This document shows, one piece after another, positions 15,847 through 25,550 of a stretch of DNA of 64,000 nucleotides. Position numbers and translations under genes: made by a program. Position 1 is the first letter of the stretch. The number at the start of each line of letters is the position of its first letter. The DNA comes from Nitrospiraceae bacterium (GTDB lineage: Bacteria; Nitrospirota; Nitrospiria; Nitrospirales; Nitrospiraceae): contig JBFWWG010000001.1 in NCBI GenBank assembly GCA_050246315.1, positions 608,001 through 672,000 on the forward strand, read 5' to 3'. The notes beneath the pieces were generated by a model. That model did not search any database, was not told the origin of the DNA, and worked only from the letters and a program-made list of their open reading frames with translations.

Positions 15847-16612
15847 GGGACTCCGGTGCTTTCGTTCCCTGATCGTCGCGTGGCAATTCCTAACGGCGAT
15901 TCCGGTGAGTCGGGTACACCACCCGATATCGCCGGACCAACTGGCCCGATCCATGATGTGGTTTCCAGCCGTCGGATTGATCCTGGGCGGCATCCTTGCC
16001 GGCGCCATGTGGCTGTTCGACCTTCTCGTGCCGAGAGCCGTGAGCGACGGACTCGTGATGTTGCTCCAGATCCTGCTGACGCGCTGTCTCCATCTGGATG
16101 GCTTGGCCGACACGGTTGACGGGTGGGGCGGCGGACGAACGCCGGAGGAGCGGCTGGCGATCATGCGCGATCCCCACATCGGCGCCATGGGAGTTGTGGC
16201 GTTGATCGTCGCGCTCGGCCTTCGGTACCTTGGCCTTGCAACCTTGCCGGATGCCGGGCGGGCCCTTGCCGTGATGAGTATGCCGCTCGTCGGCCGATGG
16301 GCCATGACGGTCGGGGGGCTGGGCGTCCCCTATGCCCGTGCCGAAGGAGGATTGGCGCAACCCTTTCTCTCGGCCCTGAAGACCGAGCATGTCATCATCG
16401 CCACGATCATGGCCGGGCTGTGGGTGATCTGGGCCTTTGGGCTTGCCGATGGGCTGATCATTTTGACGCTGGGTGGACTTGTGGCAAGGGGGATCGCCTG
16501 GCTGTCATTACGGCTCTGTCGGGGGATCACCGGGGACGTGTTCGGCATGATCAATGAGGTTGCAGAGGTGGCGTTCCTCCTAGTGATCCCTTCTCTCCTG
16601 TCCCGGCGATGA
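15773..16612 (+). CDS. cobS: Adenosylcobinamide-GDP ribazoletransferase (cobalamin synthase)
   Basis: QFLTAIP, LHLDGLADTVDG, RLAIMRDPHIGAMG, GITGDVFG. Confidence 0.95.
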   Translation: MNLRQDSFQSTKESALSPESSALSPGLRCFRSLIVAWQFLTAIPVSRVHHPISPDQLARSMMWFPAVGLILGGILAGAMWLFDLLVPRAVSDGLVMLLQILLTRCLHLDGLADTVDGWGGGRTPEERLAIMRDPHIGAMGVVALIVALGLRYLGLATLPDAGRALAVMSMPLVGRWAMTVGGLGVPYARAEGGLAQPFLSALKTEHVIIATIMAGLWVIWAFGLADGLIILTLGGLVARGIAWLSLRLCRGITGDVFGMINEVAEVAFLLVIPSLLSRR

Positions 16613-17556
16613 CCGTCACCGTCTTTCTCGGGGCCTGCGCCTTGGATCTTGCGATCGGAGATCCACGGTGGCTGCCGCATCCGATCCGGGGGATCGGCCG
16701 GCTCATCGGCTGGATCGAGCCGGCTCTCCATTCGACCGCTCGACGTCCGGTCATCGCCATCTGGGCGGGCGTCGCCGTCGCGCTGGTAGTCCCGGTCCTG
16801 ACCTATCTCGTTGTCTGGGGTTGGGTGGCTGGGGCTCATCAGGTTCATCCAGAGCTTGGGCTGGTCGTCGAGCTGGTCTTCTCGTTCTTCGCCCTTGCCG
16901 CTCGCGATCTTCAGGACCATGCCAAGGCTGTCGAGCAGGCGCTGGTCGGCGGCTCATTGGGGAATGCTCGACAGGCGGTCGGGCGGATTGTCGGACGGGA
17001 TACGGCCTCGTTGTCCGAGAGCGAGGTCGTCAGGGCGACAATTGAAACGGTGGCGGAAAGCGCCTGCGACGGCATCGTCGCCCCGTTATTCTTTCTGGCT
17101 CTCGGCGGAGCGCCGCTGGCGTGGGCCTATAAGGCCGTCAACACGCTCGATTCGATGATCGGCCATCCCGAACCTCCCTATCGTGACCTCGGCTGGGCGT
17201 CGGCTCGGTTGGACGACGTGATGAACTGGCTACCGGCACGAGTGACCGGCCTGCTGATCGTCGCCGCCGCGGGCGTGCGATTTCTGAGTCTCGCGCGGCT
17301 GCGTCAGGCCTGGATGATTCTGCGCCGCGACGGAGGGCGCCATCCGAGTCCGAACAGCGGTCGGCCCGAAGCCGCCATGGCCGGGGCTCTGCTTGTTCGA
17401 CTCGGCGGGGTGAACGTCTACGAAGGGATCGCCAAGGTAAGACCGATGATCGGTGCGGACGTGCGGCCCCTTACGCCCGACCTGATTCCCGAATCCTTGT
17501 CGCTGATGTGGGTCGCATCAGCCCTGGCGGCGGCGCTGGCCTGTTGGATGCTGTGA
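16609..17556 (+). CDS. cbiB: Adenosylcobinamide-phosphate synthase
   Basis: LDLAIGDPRWLPHP, IVGRDT, ETVAESACDG, YKAVNTLDSMIGH, HPSPNSGRPEAAMAGAL. Confidence 0.95.
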   Translation: MTVTVFLGACALDLAIGDPRWLPHPIRGIGRLIGWIEPALHSTARRPVIAIWAGVAVALVVPVLTYLVVWGWVAGAHQVHPELGLVVELVFSFFALAARDLQDHAKAVEQALVGGSLGNARQAVGRIVGRDTASLSESEVVRATIETVAESACDGIVAPLFFLALGGAPLAWAYKAVNTLDSMIGHPEPPYRDLGWASARLDDVMNWLPARVTGLLIVAAAGVRFLSLARLRQAWMILRRDGGRHPSPNSGRPEAAMAGALLVRLGGVNVYEGIAKVRPMIGADVRPLTPDLIPESLSLMWVASALAAALACWML

Positions 17557-18641
17557 TGATGGACGATCGCCACGGGGGCAACCTCTATCGCGCGGCGCGC
17601 GATCTGCAGTGTCGTCCATCCGACTTGGTGGATTTCAGTGCCAGCATCAATCCGCTGGGGCCGTCTCTTTCGGTCCTTCGGGCTCTGCGAAAGAGCCAGT
17701 GGATGCTGCGCCATTATCCAGACCCGGAGGCTCATGATCTGGTCGAGGCGCTGAGCAAACGATCCGGTCTCAGCTCCGCCTGCTTCCTGCTCGGCAATGG
17801 ATCAGCGGAACTGCTGTACCTGCTTCCCGTCGCTATCCCGATCACACAGGCTTTGATCATCGGGCCCACGTTTTCCGAGTACGAACGGGCCGTCAGTCGA
17901 GCGGGAGGTCGTTGCACGCATCTCTCGGCACTGCGTGCCGATGAGTATCGACCACCGATTGAAGCGGCGTTGGACCTGATCCGAACGAGTCGGACGCGCA
18001 TCGAGGCCGTCTTCCTCTGCAATCCCAACAGTCCGACCGGTCGCGTGATCGACAAGGGCGACCTGCTCGAATTTATCGCGGCGCTGGCCGGTGTGAATGT
18101 CCTGATGATCATCGATGAATCATTCATCGAGTTTGCGGCGAATCAGTCGGTGCTGCAGGACGTGCCGAATCATCCGCATCTCCTGGTCCTGCGCAGCTTC
18201 ACGAAGTTTTATGCTATCCCCGGTCTTCGGATCGGCTATCTGGCGGCCCACCCGGATGTCGTGGCACGGATGAGGCGGCGGCAGCCTCCCTGGTCGGTCA
18301 ATGCGATGGCCCAGGCCGCGGCCTTGGCCGGTCTAAAGGACGCGACCTATCGGCGAAAGACTCTGGCGATGGTGAGGGATGAGCGCGCGCGACTCAGCGG
18401 AGCCTTGGGCGCGATGTCGGGCCTCCACGTCTTTCCCTCCGAAGCCAACTTCCTCTTGGTGGAACTCCCGGCATCCGTCCGCTCATCCGATCTGGTCGAC
18501 CGGCTCCGCCATGATGGACTGCTGCTTCGAGACTGCGCCACGATCCTCGGACTGAGCGAGCGCATGATTCGCATCGCGATCCGAACCCCCAGAGAGAACG
18601 ATCGGTTGGTGCGGTGCCTCAAGGCGATTCTACATGGGTAA
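17556..18641 (+). CDS. cobD: L-threonine-O-3-phosphate decarboxylase
   Basis: HGGN, DFSASINPLG, GNGSAEL, LCNPNSPTG, DESFIEF, RSFTKFYAIPGLRIGY (PLP Lys). Confidence 0.92.
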   Translation: MMDDRHGGNLYRAARDLQCRPSDLVDFSASINPLGPSLSVLRALRKSQWMLRHYPDPEAHDLVEALSKRSGLSSACFLLGNGSAELLYLLPVAIPITQALIIGPTFSEYERAVSRAGGRCTHLSALRADEYRPPIEAALDLIRTSRTRIEAVFLCNPNSPTGRVIDKGDLLEFIAALAGVNVLMIIDESFIEFAANQSVLQDVPNHPHLLVLRSFTKFYAIPGLRIGYLAAHPDVVARMRRRQPPWSVNAMAQAAALAGLKDATYRRKTLAMVRDERARLSGALGAMSGLHVFPSEANFLLVELPASVRSSDLVDRLRHDGLLLRDCATILGLSERMIRIAIRTPRENDRLVRCLKAILHG

Positions 18642-19374
18642 GCGAAGGCACGGACATGCCGAGTCGATCACGACTCGCTTTATGCTGAAGGATCGGACCT
18701 TGCTGATCGATCTGGGGCGGTCTCGCCGAATCCTTTCATCCGCGCCGCGAGGCGGCGGTCTGGTTCGGGCGCGCTCCATCATCAACCATCAAGTCCCGGA
18801 CAATCCCATTCGAGGCGCCTCGCCCGCTCCCCGCATCGCCGATCTCGCTGCGGTGCGACGCTGGGGCGATCCAGCTCGGTATCTGGGCTGCGTCGCAGCG
18901 AGGCTCCAGGCCCATCCGCCCGTAGTTGGCCTGATGACGGCCGTGTCATTGGACCGGCTGATGATCTGTCGCGAGCAACAAGAGGAATTCTGGGTGGAAG
19001 GATTCTTCACGGTAGGAGTCACGAATGCTGTGAGGGTGGGTGAGGCGGCCGACCTTGGCGAACGGCGAGTGGCATCGCGAGAGGCCGGGACGATCAACAT
19101 CATCCTCATCACCAACGCCGCGCTCACGGTTTCGGCAATGGTCACAGCGGTCCAGGTGGCGACGGAAGGCAAGACGGCGGCCCTGTTGGAGGCCGAGATT
19201 CCCAGTTGGACCGGTCGTCCAGGGGCGACAGGGACCGGAACGGATGCGGTGGTCATCGCCGGAGGCGACGGGCCGCCTGCTCGCTATAGCGGTACCCACA
19301 CGACGATCGGATGGCTGATCGGACGGCTCGTTCGCCGTGCGGTGGCCAAGGGGTTGCGCCATGCTCGGGCATGA
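18634..19374 (+). CDS. cbiZ: Adenosylcobinamide amidohydrolase
   Basis: GLMTAV, TVGVTNA, GTINIIL, ATEGKTAAL, ATGTGTDAVVI. Confidence 0.88.
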   Translation: MGKRRHGHAESITTRFMLKDRTLLIDLGRSRRILSSAPRGGGLVRARSIINHQVPDNPIRGASPAPRIADLAAVRRWGDPARYLGCVAARLQAHPPVVGLMTAVSLDRLMICREQQEEFWVEGFFTVGVTNAVRVGEAADLGERRVASREAGTINIILITNAALTVSAMVTAVQVATEGKTAALLEAEIPSWTGRPGATGTGTDAVVIAGGDGPPARYSGTHTTIGWLIGRLVRRAVAKGLRHARA

Positions 19375-19743
19375 CCACCCGGTGCATCTTGATGGCCCGT
19401 GACAGAGGCCGGCGGTACTGTGATCGCGATCGCTGGAAAGGCCGGGTCGAGGCAGGAACACCGGGCTCATCCGCGACACATGAGCTACCTGACGGTGCTG
19501 CAGGTGGGCCGTGCGCTGATATGTTGGGCCGGGTGTGGCGAGTGCGACGATCAGTTTCAGGTACTCCCGGTGGAGGAACGGGAACGGCTCCATCTGGAGT
19601 TGTAGGATCAGCCGGGCGACCTTGCGGGTTCCCCGTCGGCTACCCCTCGACCGCACTTCCCCAGCCGAGTTGTACAGCATCCGGCCCGTTTGTATTATGA
19701 GATCGTCTGTCGGTTTCACGTTTGCTGGAGCGGTGAACTCATC

Positions 19744-21162
19744 ATGATGCGAAGGATGGGCGTGCTGGCCTGCGGACTGTTGTCGGCGGTGCTCTGTCTC
19801 GGGGCGTCGTCGCCGCCTCCTTTGCGCGTCAGTGACAACGGCCGGTTCCTGGTCACGAAGGAGGGAACGCCGTTCTTCTGGTTGGGGGACACCGCCTGGT
19901 CCTTGACGAAGCTGAGCAAGGACGAGATTAGCCGGTATTTGGCTGATCGTGCGGCCAAGGGCTTCACCGTCATTCAGGTGACCGGCGGGTTCAATGAGGA
20001 CTGGATGGGCTTTCGCGAATCACCGTTCCTCGACAACGACACCGATCAGCCACGGGAATCCTATTGGCGGCACGTCGATTTTATTGTGGATGAAGCCGCG
20101 CGGCAGGGGCTCTACGTCGATCTCGTCGTCATGTGGGGCCAGGCCTATCGGCCGGCGTTCGGAGAGGATGCGGAGAAGGCGCGCCGGTTGGGAGGGTGGC
20201 TCGGCACCCGTTATCGGGATCGATCGAATGTGATCTGGGTGGTCAGCGGCGAATACGACTCGATCAATGACTACAATCCTGCTCTTTCTTCCGATCAACG
20301 TGCGCTGTTAGTGGCGATGGCCCAAGGGCTGCGTAACGGCCATGGCGGGCGGCAGCTCATGTCGATCCATCCGGGAGTTCCGGCCACTTCCGCCATCGAA
20401 TTTCATCAGGAGCCCTGGCTTGATTTCAACATGCTCCAGTCCGGGCACATGGATGATGCACAGGCCTGGCGATGTGGGTGGTCTGATGGACCCTGCGCCG
20501 AGTCCTATGAGCTGGTCACGGCGGAGTATCAACGCAAACCGGTCAAACCGGTGATCGATGCCGAGCCGATCTACGACACGAAGCCCGACGGCTTCTATAT
20601 GGGCGAGCCCGGTCCCGGGCCGCGCGTCGGCGAGGAGGTGATTCGGAGAAAAGCCTACTGGGCGGTCTTTGCCGGCGCATTCGGCCATGTCTATGGGCAC
20701 AACGACATCGAGGTGTTCTATGTGCCTGGCGAGCCGACCACCAACGGTCAAGCTGGGCATTGGCAGGATGCGTTGCAGGCGCCCGCAGCGGGACAGCTTC
20801 GGTATCTACGAACGCTTGTGGAGTCGCGTCCCATGCTCTCGCGCGTTCCGGATCAATCTCTGATTGCGTCCGATCCCGGGCGCGGCATCCACCATGTTCA
20901 GGCCACGCGTTCATCTGACGGCGCCTATGCGTGGCTCTACCTTCCCACCGGCAGTTCTGTGGCGGTGAATCTGGAGCGGTTGGCCGCCTCCGGGACGGCG
21001 TCCTGGTTTGATCCACGAACCGGCCGGTCGATACCAATCGGAGAGTTTATCAAGAGCGGGATCCGAGAGTTCGACCCGCCGGGGGAAACGGCGAGTGGGA
21101 ATGACTGGGTATTGGTCTTGGACGCAGGCACAGGTCAACCGAGGAACGGAAAGGAGGAGTGA
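19744..21162 (+). CDS. Secreted DUF4038/GH140 (apiosidase-like) glycoside hydrolase with a C-terminal collagen-binding-like domain
   Basis: NGRFLV..GTPFFWLGDTAW, KGFTVIQ, WLDFNMLQSGH, KPVIDAEPIY, RRKAYW.VFAGAFG, WFDPRTG. Confidence 0.85.
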   Translation: MMRRMGVLACGLLSAVLCLGASSPPPLRVSDNGRFLVTKEGTPFFWLGDTAWSLTKLSKDEISRYLADRAAKGFTVIQVTGGFNEDWMGFRESPFLDNDTDQPRESYWRHVDFIVDEAARQGLYVDLVVMWGQAYRPAFGEDAEKARRLGGWLGTRYRDRSNVIWVVSGEYDSINDYNPALSSDQRALLVAMAQGLRNGHGGRQLMSIHPGVPATSAIEFHQEPWLDFNMLQSGHMDDAQAWRCGWSDGPCAESYELVTAEYQRKPVKPVIDAEPIYDTKPDGFYMGEPGPGPRVGEEVIRRKAYWAVFAGAFGHVYGHNDIEVFYVPGEPTTNGQAGHWQDALQAPAAGQLRYLRTLVESRPMLSRVPDQSLIASDPGRGIHHVQATRSSDGAYAWLYLPTGSSVAVNLERLAASGTASWFDPRTGRSIPIGEFIKSGIREFDPPGETASGNDWVLVLDAGTGQPRNGKEE

Positions 21163-21194
21163 CGGGAGCGGGCCTCACCCGCTCCCGTACGTGC

Positions 21195-21851
21195 CTAATA
21201 GAAGAAGAGGCGAACGCCGACCAGGAACCCGAACGAGGAGGCGTTCCAATCATCCGACCGCACGCCATTGATCGTGACATGACCGTCGTTGCGCTTGTAG
21301 GCCATCTCCACGTTCAATGCCAGTTGTTCCGTGAACGCATAGTCGGCGCCCCATCCAAGCCGCCAGGCGAAGTTGTTGCTTGGGCTGATCGTGGTATTGC
21401 CGATGTTATCGCGATCTTCCCCGAATCCGTTCACGTTGACGCCGAAGCTCATGTTCGCATAGGGACTGATCGGTCCGGCCCGAAAGGGTCGGAGTTCAAT
21501 TGTGGGGAGCACGGACACGACGTCCTGATGGCCTAGATTCAGGCTCGGTTGTTCCGAGTCCACCGAATGGCGTTCCCACTCGATCATCATCCCCAGGAAA
21601 ACCCACTTATTGACGGCATACATTGCCTGGAAATTCAACAGACTGCCGACGTCTGTATCCGTATTTTGTGCCAACTCCTGTGTCAACGGGGCGAACCCGG
21701 CCCGCATGCCCAAGTACCAGGTACCGGGCTTCACACCTTCATAGGTCTGCTTCCATTTATCCTCTGCCTGGGCGGTCGAGGGACTGAGGAAGGCCGGCAA
21801 ACACCAACTCAGGAACAGCAACAGGATCAACGCAAGACGGGACAGTCGCAT
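21195..21851 (-). CDS. Outer membrane beta-barrel protein (OmpA/OmpW-like)
   Basis: Signal peptide, amphipathic beta strands, PYANMSFG, FAWRLGWGADY; aromatic C-terminus; SD AAGGAGG. Confidence 0.8.
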   Translation of the reverse strand: MRLSRLALILLLFLSWCLPAFLSPSTAQAEDKWKQTYEGVKPGTWYLGMRAGFAPLTQELAQNTDTDVGSLLNFQAMYAVNKWVFLGMMIEWERHSVDSEQPSLNLGHQDVVSVLPTIELRPFRAGPISPYANMSFGVNVNGFGEDRDNIGNTTISPSNNFAWRLGWGADYAFTEQLALNVEMAYKRNDGHVTINGVRSDDWNASSFGFLVGVRLFFY

Positions 21852-22057
21852 TCGAAACCTCCTTATCGATGTCGATCTCATCATACGAGAGAGGCGGTCG
21901 TCCGGCCGCATCGGAGTCATAGTGCCGCGACTCGCTGATGGCTCGATGTTTCCGTCGCCGCAATCTTGAGAAGACGAGCTGCCTTCCTATAGCCGGAGTG
22001 GAGAAAAAACGCCAGGGTTTTCTTGAGCCGGGGCCGTACCCAACCGAGGGTGACTTC

Positions 22058-22162
22058 GCCCACCTTGTTCATGACCGCTTCTCCTGCAAGCACCGGACGA
22101 CCTATGACTCTCGACAGGCAACGGATGGAACGTCACGAACCGTCATGAATAATGTAGACCAG
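22058..22162. mobile_element. Short MITE copy (CCCGCATTATTCATGAC family)
   Basis: Left GCCCACCTTGTTCATGAC; right GCAACGGATGGAACGTCACGAACCGTCATGAATAATGTAG. Confidence 0.6.
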
Positions 22163-22475
22163 CCGGTTCAGCATTCCAACGGTCGAGTCGGAGAGAGAGG
22201 ACGAGTCGCGTCGGCGGAAGGTTCCGACGACGTGCCCGGCTGCTTCGTCGAAGCGGGGCGCGGGTTCGCCGGCCAGTAGCAATCAATCGGGTGTTTGTGA
22301 TCTCCTAAGAAGAAGCCGATCGACACAGTGGCCGCTCTCTTGATCAGGCTGGAACAGAAGCGGAATCTGTGCGATCAGAGAGAGAAAGGCGGAGATTCGT
22401 GGAAGGTACGACCGTACGGACGTCATCCGGATCATCTTCATCCGCCTCTCTCGTAGGTTGAAACGGAGCAACCCG

Positions 22476-23177
22476 ATGCCGTGGAGACAAGATTATCTGT
22501 TCAAAGATCGACGCGATGCAGGCCGGCAACTGGCCCAGGCGCTCCAGCGATATCGTAATGCCACGCAGACCCTCGTGCTCGCATTGCCGCGGGGCGGGTT
22601 GGTCGTGGCCTATGAGATCAGCCTTGCCCTTCATCTTCCACTTGATGTACTGGTGACCCGCAAGCTCGGGACGCCGGGCAATCCCGAACTGGCGATGGGG
22701 GCCTTGTCTGAGACAGGCTACCGGCATCTGAACCGGGATGTCTTGGACTCCTACAATGTGCCTGCTCGTGAACTGGAAGAGGAAGTCCACCGTCAGCAGC
22801 GGGAGATTGCTCGGCGGATCGAACGGTATCGGCAGGGGCACGCATTGCCGGCGCTAGCGGGATGGACGGTCATTCTTGTGGATGACGGGATTGCCACGGG
22901 AGCGACGTTCTATGCTTCGTTGGCGGCCTTGCGTGAGATGAAGGTGGGGCGGCTCGTCGCAGCCGTGCCGGTCGGCCCGGATCGAACGCAGGAGGATCTG
23001 CGCGGGCTGGTCGAGGAAGTCGTCATTCTGTATACCCCTGCGTCGTTTTACGGTATCGGGCAATTTTATGCCGACTTTCATCAGATCGACGATGAAGAAG
23101 TGCTGGCGTGCCTGGAGGGGGCGCGCGCCGCGCTGAAACGGACGTCACTTCTGCACAAGCCCGATCGGAGCACCTGA
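22476..23177 (+). CDS. Phosphoribosyltransferase (COG1926-like)
   Basis: FKDRRDAGRQLA, LALPRGG, RKLGTPGNPELAMGA, PRPP loop VILVDDGIATGAT. Confidence 0.9.
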   Translation: MPWRQDYLFKDRRDAGRQLAQALQRYRNATQTLVLALPRGGLVVAYEISLALHLPLDVLVTRKLGTPGNPELAMGALSETGYRHLNRDVLDSYNVPARELEEEVHRQQREIARRIERYRQGHALPALAGWTVILVDDGIATGATFYASLAALREMKVGRLVAAVPVGPDRTQEDLRGLVEEVVILYTPASFYGIGQFYADFHQIDDEEVLACLEGARAALKRTSLLHKPDRST

Positions 23178-23236
23178 GGGACGACCGACCAACCATGTCT
23201 CATTCATGATTATTTTCAGACAGGGAGACTTGCACG

Positions 23237-24130
23237 ATGCACATTTTGCTGGCTGTGGACCAATCTGCCTATGCGAACACGGTGCTCGCGTGGATGCGGG
23301 AGTTTCCCCATCCGTCCGGCACGCGCCTCACGATCGCGCACATCATCGAACCGTTCGACGTGCTGGACACGTTGCCGGGAGAACCGCGGTCTCGCGTGGA
23401 GCGGAGACGGGCGGATGAAGCCCAGTCGGTCTTGGAGCGAGCCACCTTGGTCCTGCGCAAACGCTATCGCGTCATCAAGTGCGCCCTCCGACAAGGGCCG
23501 GCCATCTATGAACTCCTCAAGCTTGTTCGCGAGAGCCAACCGGATCTCATTGTGACCGGTACGCGCGGACTTGGGGTCGCCAAGGGACTGGTTCTCGGCA
23601 GCGTATCGCAACGACTGTTGAGTTACGCTCCTTGCTCCGTGTTGCTCATTCCGCCGCAGGCGAAGCTCAAGGCGCCGCTGAGGGTGCTTCTCGCGACCGA
23701 TGGCTCGCGTGGGGCCAAGACAGCCGCCGGGATCGTGGCGATCCTGCCCAAGATCGGGCGCATTGGCCTGGTGTCCGTCGTTCCGCCGGTGGATCAGCAA
23801 GAGGTCAGACTCTATGAGCGGGAGACGAAGCAGCCGGCCGGTCTGATCAAGCGCCAAATTCAATTGGCGCGCTATGATTTGGCCAAGCGGGCGATGGACG
23901 CGACGCGAACCGTTTTGGGTGGGGTGAAGGCCGAGGTCCGGACCAAAGTCCTGGTCGGACGTCCGGGCGATGCGCTTCCCCTTGAGGCCAAGCGACAGAG
24001 CAGCGGTCTGCTTGTCCTCGGCTCCCGAGGCTTGACCGGCCGACTCGCTGAGGTGTTGGGGAGCGTGTCGTTAACCGTCGCCCAACGAGCGACCTGTCCG
24101 GTGTTGGTGGTGAAGCGCCCTCTCTCATAA
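23237..24130 (+). CDS. Tandem-domain universal stress protein
   Basis: ILLAVD.S, VTGTRG..LGSVS..PCSVL and LVLGSRG..LGSVS..CPVLVVK. Confidence 0.9.
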   Translation: MHILLAVDQSAYANTVLAWMREFPHPSGTRLTIAHIIEPFDVLDTLPGEPRSRVERRRADEAQSVLERATLVLRKRYRVIKCALRQGPAIYELLKLVRESQPDLIVTGTRGLGVAKGLVLGSVSQRLLSYAPCSVLLIPPQAKLKAPLRVLLATDGSRGAKTAAGIVAILPKIGRIGLVSVVPPVDQQEVRLYERETKQPAGLIKRQIQLARYDLAKRAMDATRTVLGGVKAEVRTKVLVGRPGDALPLEAKRQSSGLLVLGSRGLTGRLAEVLGSVSLTVAQRATCPVLVVKRPLS

Positions 24131-24252
24131 CCAGGTGTCCGTGGTCACGTCGATCGCGCTCACCATGTACCCGGATATCCAGCCAAGAGTACGGTGCGAT
24201 CCCGGTGCTTCTACGAAATAGCTGCTGGGGCTTCGCTTGGCCACCAAACTCT

Positions 24253-24470
24253 TAGCCTGCATTATTCATGACGGTTGTCGCGTCCCGCCCGTTGCACATG
24301 AAGCCGCAACGGGTACCCGGCAGTCGCCAAGCGAGACGGCCTCGTGGAGTCGCAAGAGAGTGAGGGGTACTTGGAACAGTACGTCGGACCGACCGAGCGG
24401 CGAGCTCGGCCCCTGGCATGCCGTGAAGCCGCATGCCAGCTTGTCGCAGCGGCGAATTCGCGGAGCCAAA
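24253..24470 (+). mobile_element. Partial copy of the ~280-bp MITE at 30495-30780
   Basis: TAG-CCTGCATTATTCATGACGGTT; CCGTTGC..GCAACGG hairpin; AGTCGCCAA; GTACTTGGAACAGTACG; AGCGGCGAGC; GCTTGTCG..GCGGCGAAT, all colinear with the 30.5-kb copy. Confidence 0.75.
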
Positions 24471-24845
24471 GGCAGGGCCATCAGATTTGCCGTCGGCGAG
24501 TTCGACCGCTGCCGGGAGATGCTGAAGTCGCAAACCACCCCGTTGTCACGAACGTATTCGAAAACCCCGCTTGCCGAATGGTCGTAAATGCGAACCAGGA
24601 CGGTGACCACAGTACCATCCACACGGAAGGGTTGATTCCGGTCGCCCTCCCGTGAAGCATCTTGCGCCGCCCTGGTAGGCTTCGGGAAGACAAATGCAAA
24701 GGGGAGGTCGGTCGGGGAGATGATCAAGCCGCATTCCCGGCGTCTGCGCGGCCCGGAGGTGGGTCTCCAACCTGTGTGTTGTCAGCACTCCGGGCATTGA
24801 CCTAGAATGCAGCCCCAGCTTCTTTGCCGCCTACTTCGAGGCGTC

Positions 24846-25550
24846 ATGCGATATCTTGCCGGGGTCCTTCTGCTGATCAGTTGTTTGCCCGGATGTGCCG
24901 GGAACATCAAAGATACTGATCTGATCTCCAGCAATACGTTCTTCCTCCAACCCAGTGTCCAGAACAGGGTCTTCGTCCAGGCGCGCAATTTGTCGGACAA
25001 TCAGGCGGCGACCCTGACCGACCTTGGCGCGCGGTTGACGGCGAAAGGCTATCAGGTGGTGCAGGATCCGGACGCGGCGAACTATCTCGTTCTCGCCAAC
25101 ATCGTCTACTGTAACGTGACGAAACCGGAGTTGCCGGTTGAGGCGATGGTCGCCGGCGGCTATGGGGCCGGTTTCGGATCGTCGATGATGGGCGGCCTGA
25201 ATAGCTTGGCAGGCCTGGCCAGTATGGCCGGACCGCAGGGCGCCATGGCAGGCGCCGCGGCTTCGATGGGACTTGGGGCAATCGAGGGTATCGGAAGCGC
25301 GGTCGGCAGCCTGTTCGGAGGATCATCAGGTCGAACGAGCACCGACGAAATCATCTATGCCTGCGTCACCGATCTACAGATAACCGATCGATCCGCCGCG
25401 GCCTCCGGCCAAGCGGCCGATGCCGGTGAGCCATCTGGCGTCTATCAAACGCGTCTTGCGGCCAGCGTGCACCAGAAGAAGATGAAGGAGGAGGAGGCCA
25501 CGCTGATGCTCCAGCAGAAACTCAGCTCGGCCGTGGCGGGAAATTTCTGA
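24846..25550 (+). CDS. traT: TraT-like (complement resistance family) lipoprotein, copy 1
   Basis: Lipobox LPGC; SNTFFLQP...VFVQARNLSD...LTAKGYQVVQDPDAANY..LANI; Gly-rich segment; Y..VTDLQITDR. Confidence 0.75.
   Translation: MRYLAGVLLLISCLPGCAGNIKDTDLISSNTFFLQPSVQNRVFVQARNLSDNQAATLTDLGARLTAKGYQVVQDPDAANYLVLANIVYCNVTKPELPVEAMVAGGYGAGFGSSMMGGLNSLAGLASMAGPQGAMAGAAASMGLGAIEGIGSAVGSLFGGSSGRTSTDEIIYACVTDLQITDRSAAASGQAADAGEPSGVYQTRLAASVHQKKMKEEEATLMLQQKLSSAVAGNF

Noticed and set aside
24237..24797. Several short ORFs between the USP and traT genes
   Set aside because: They overlap a MITE copy and show no recognisable protein features.
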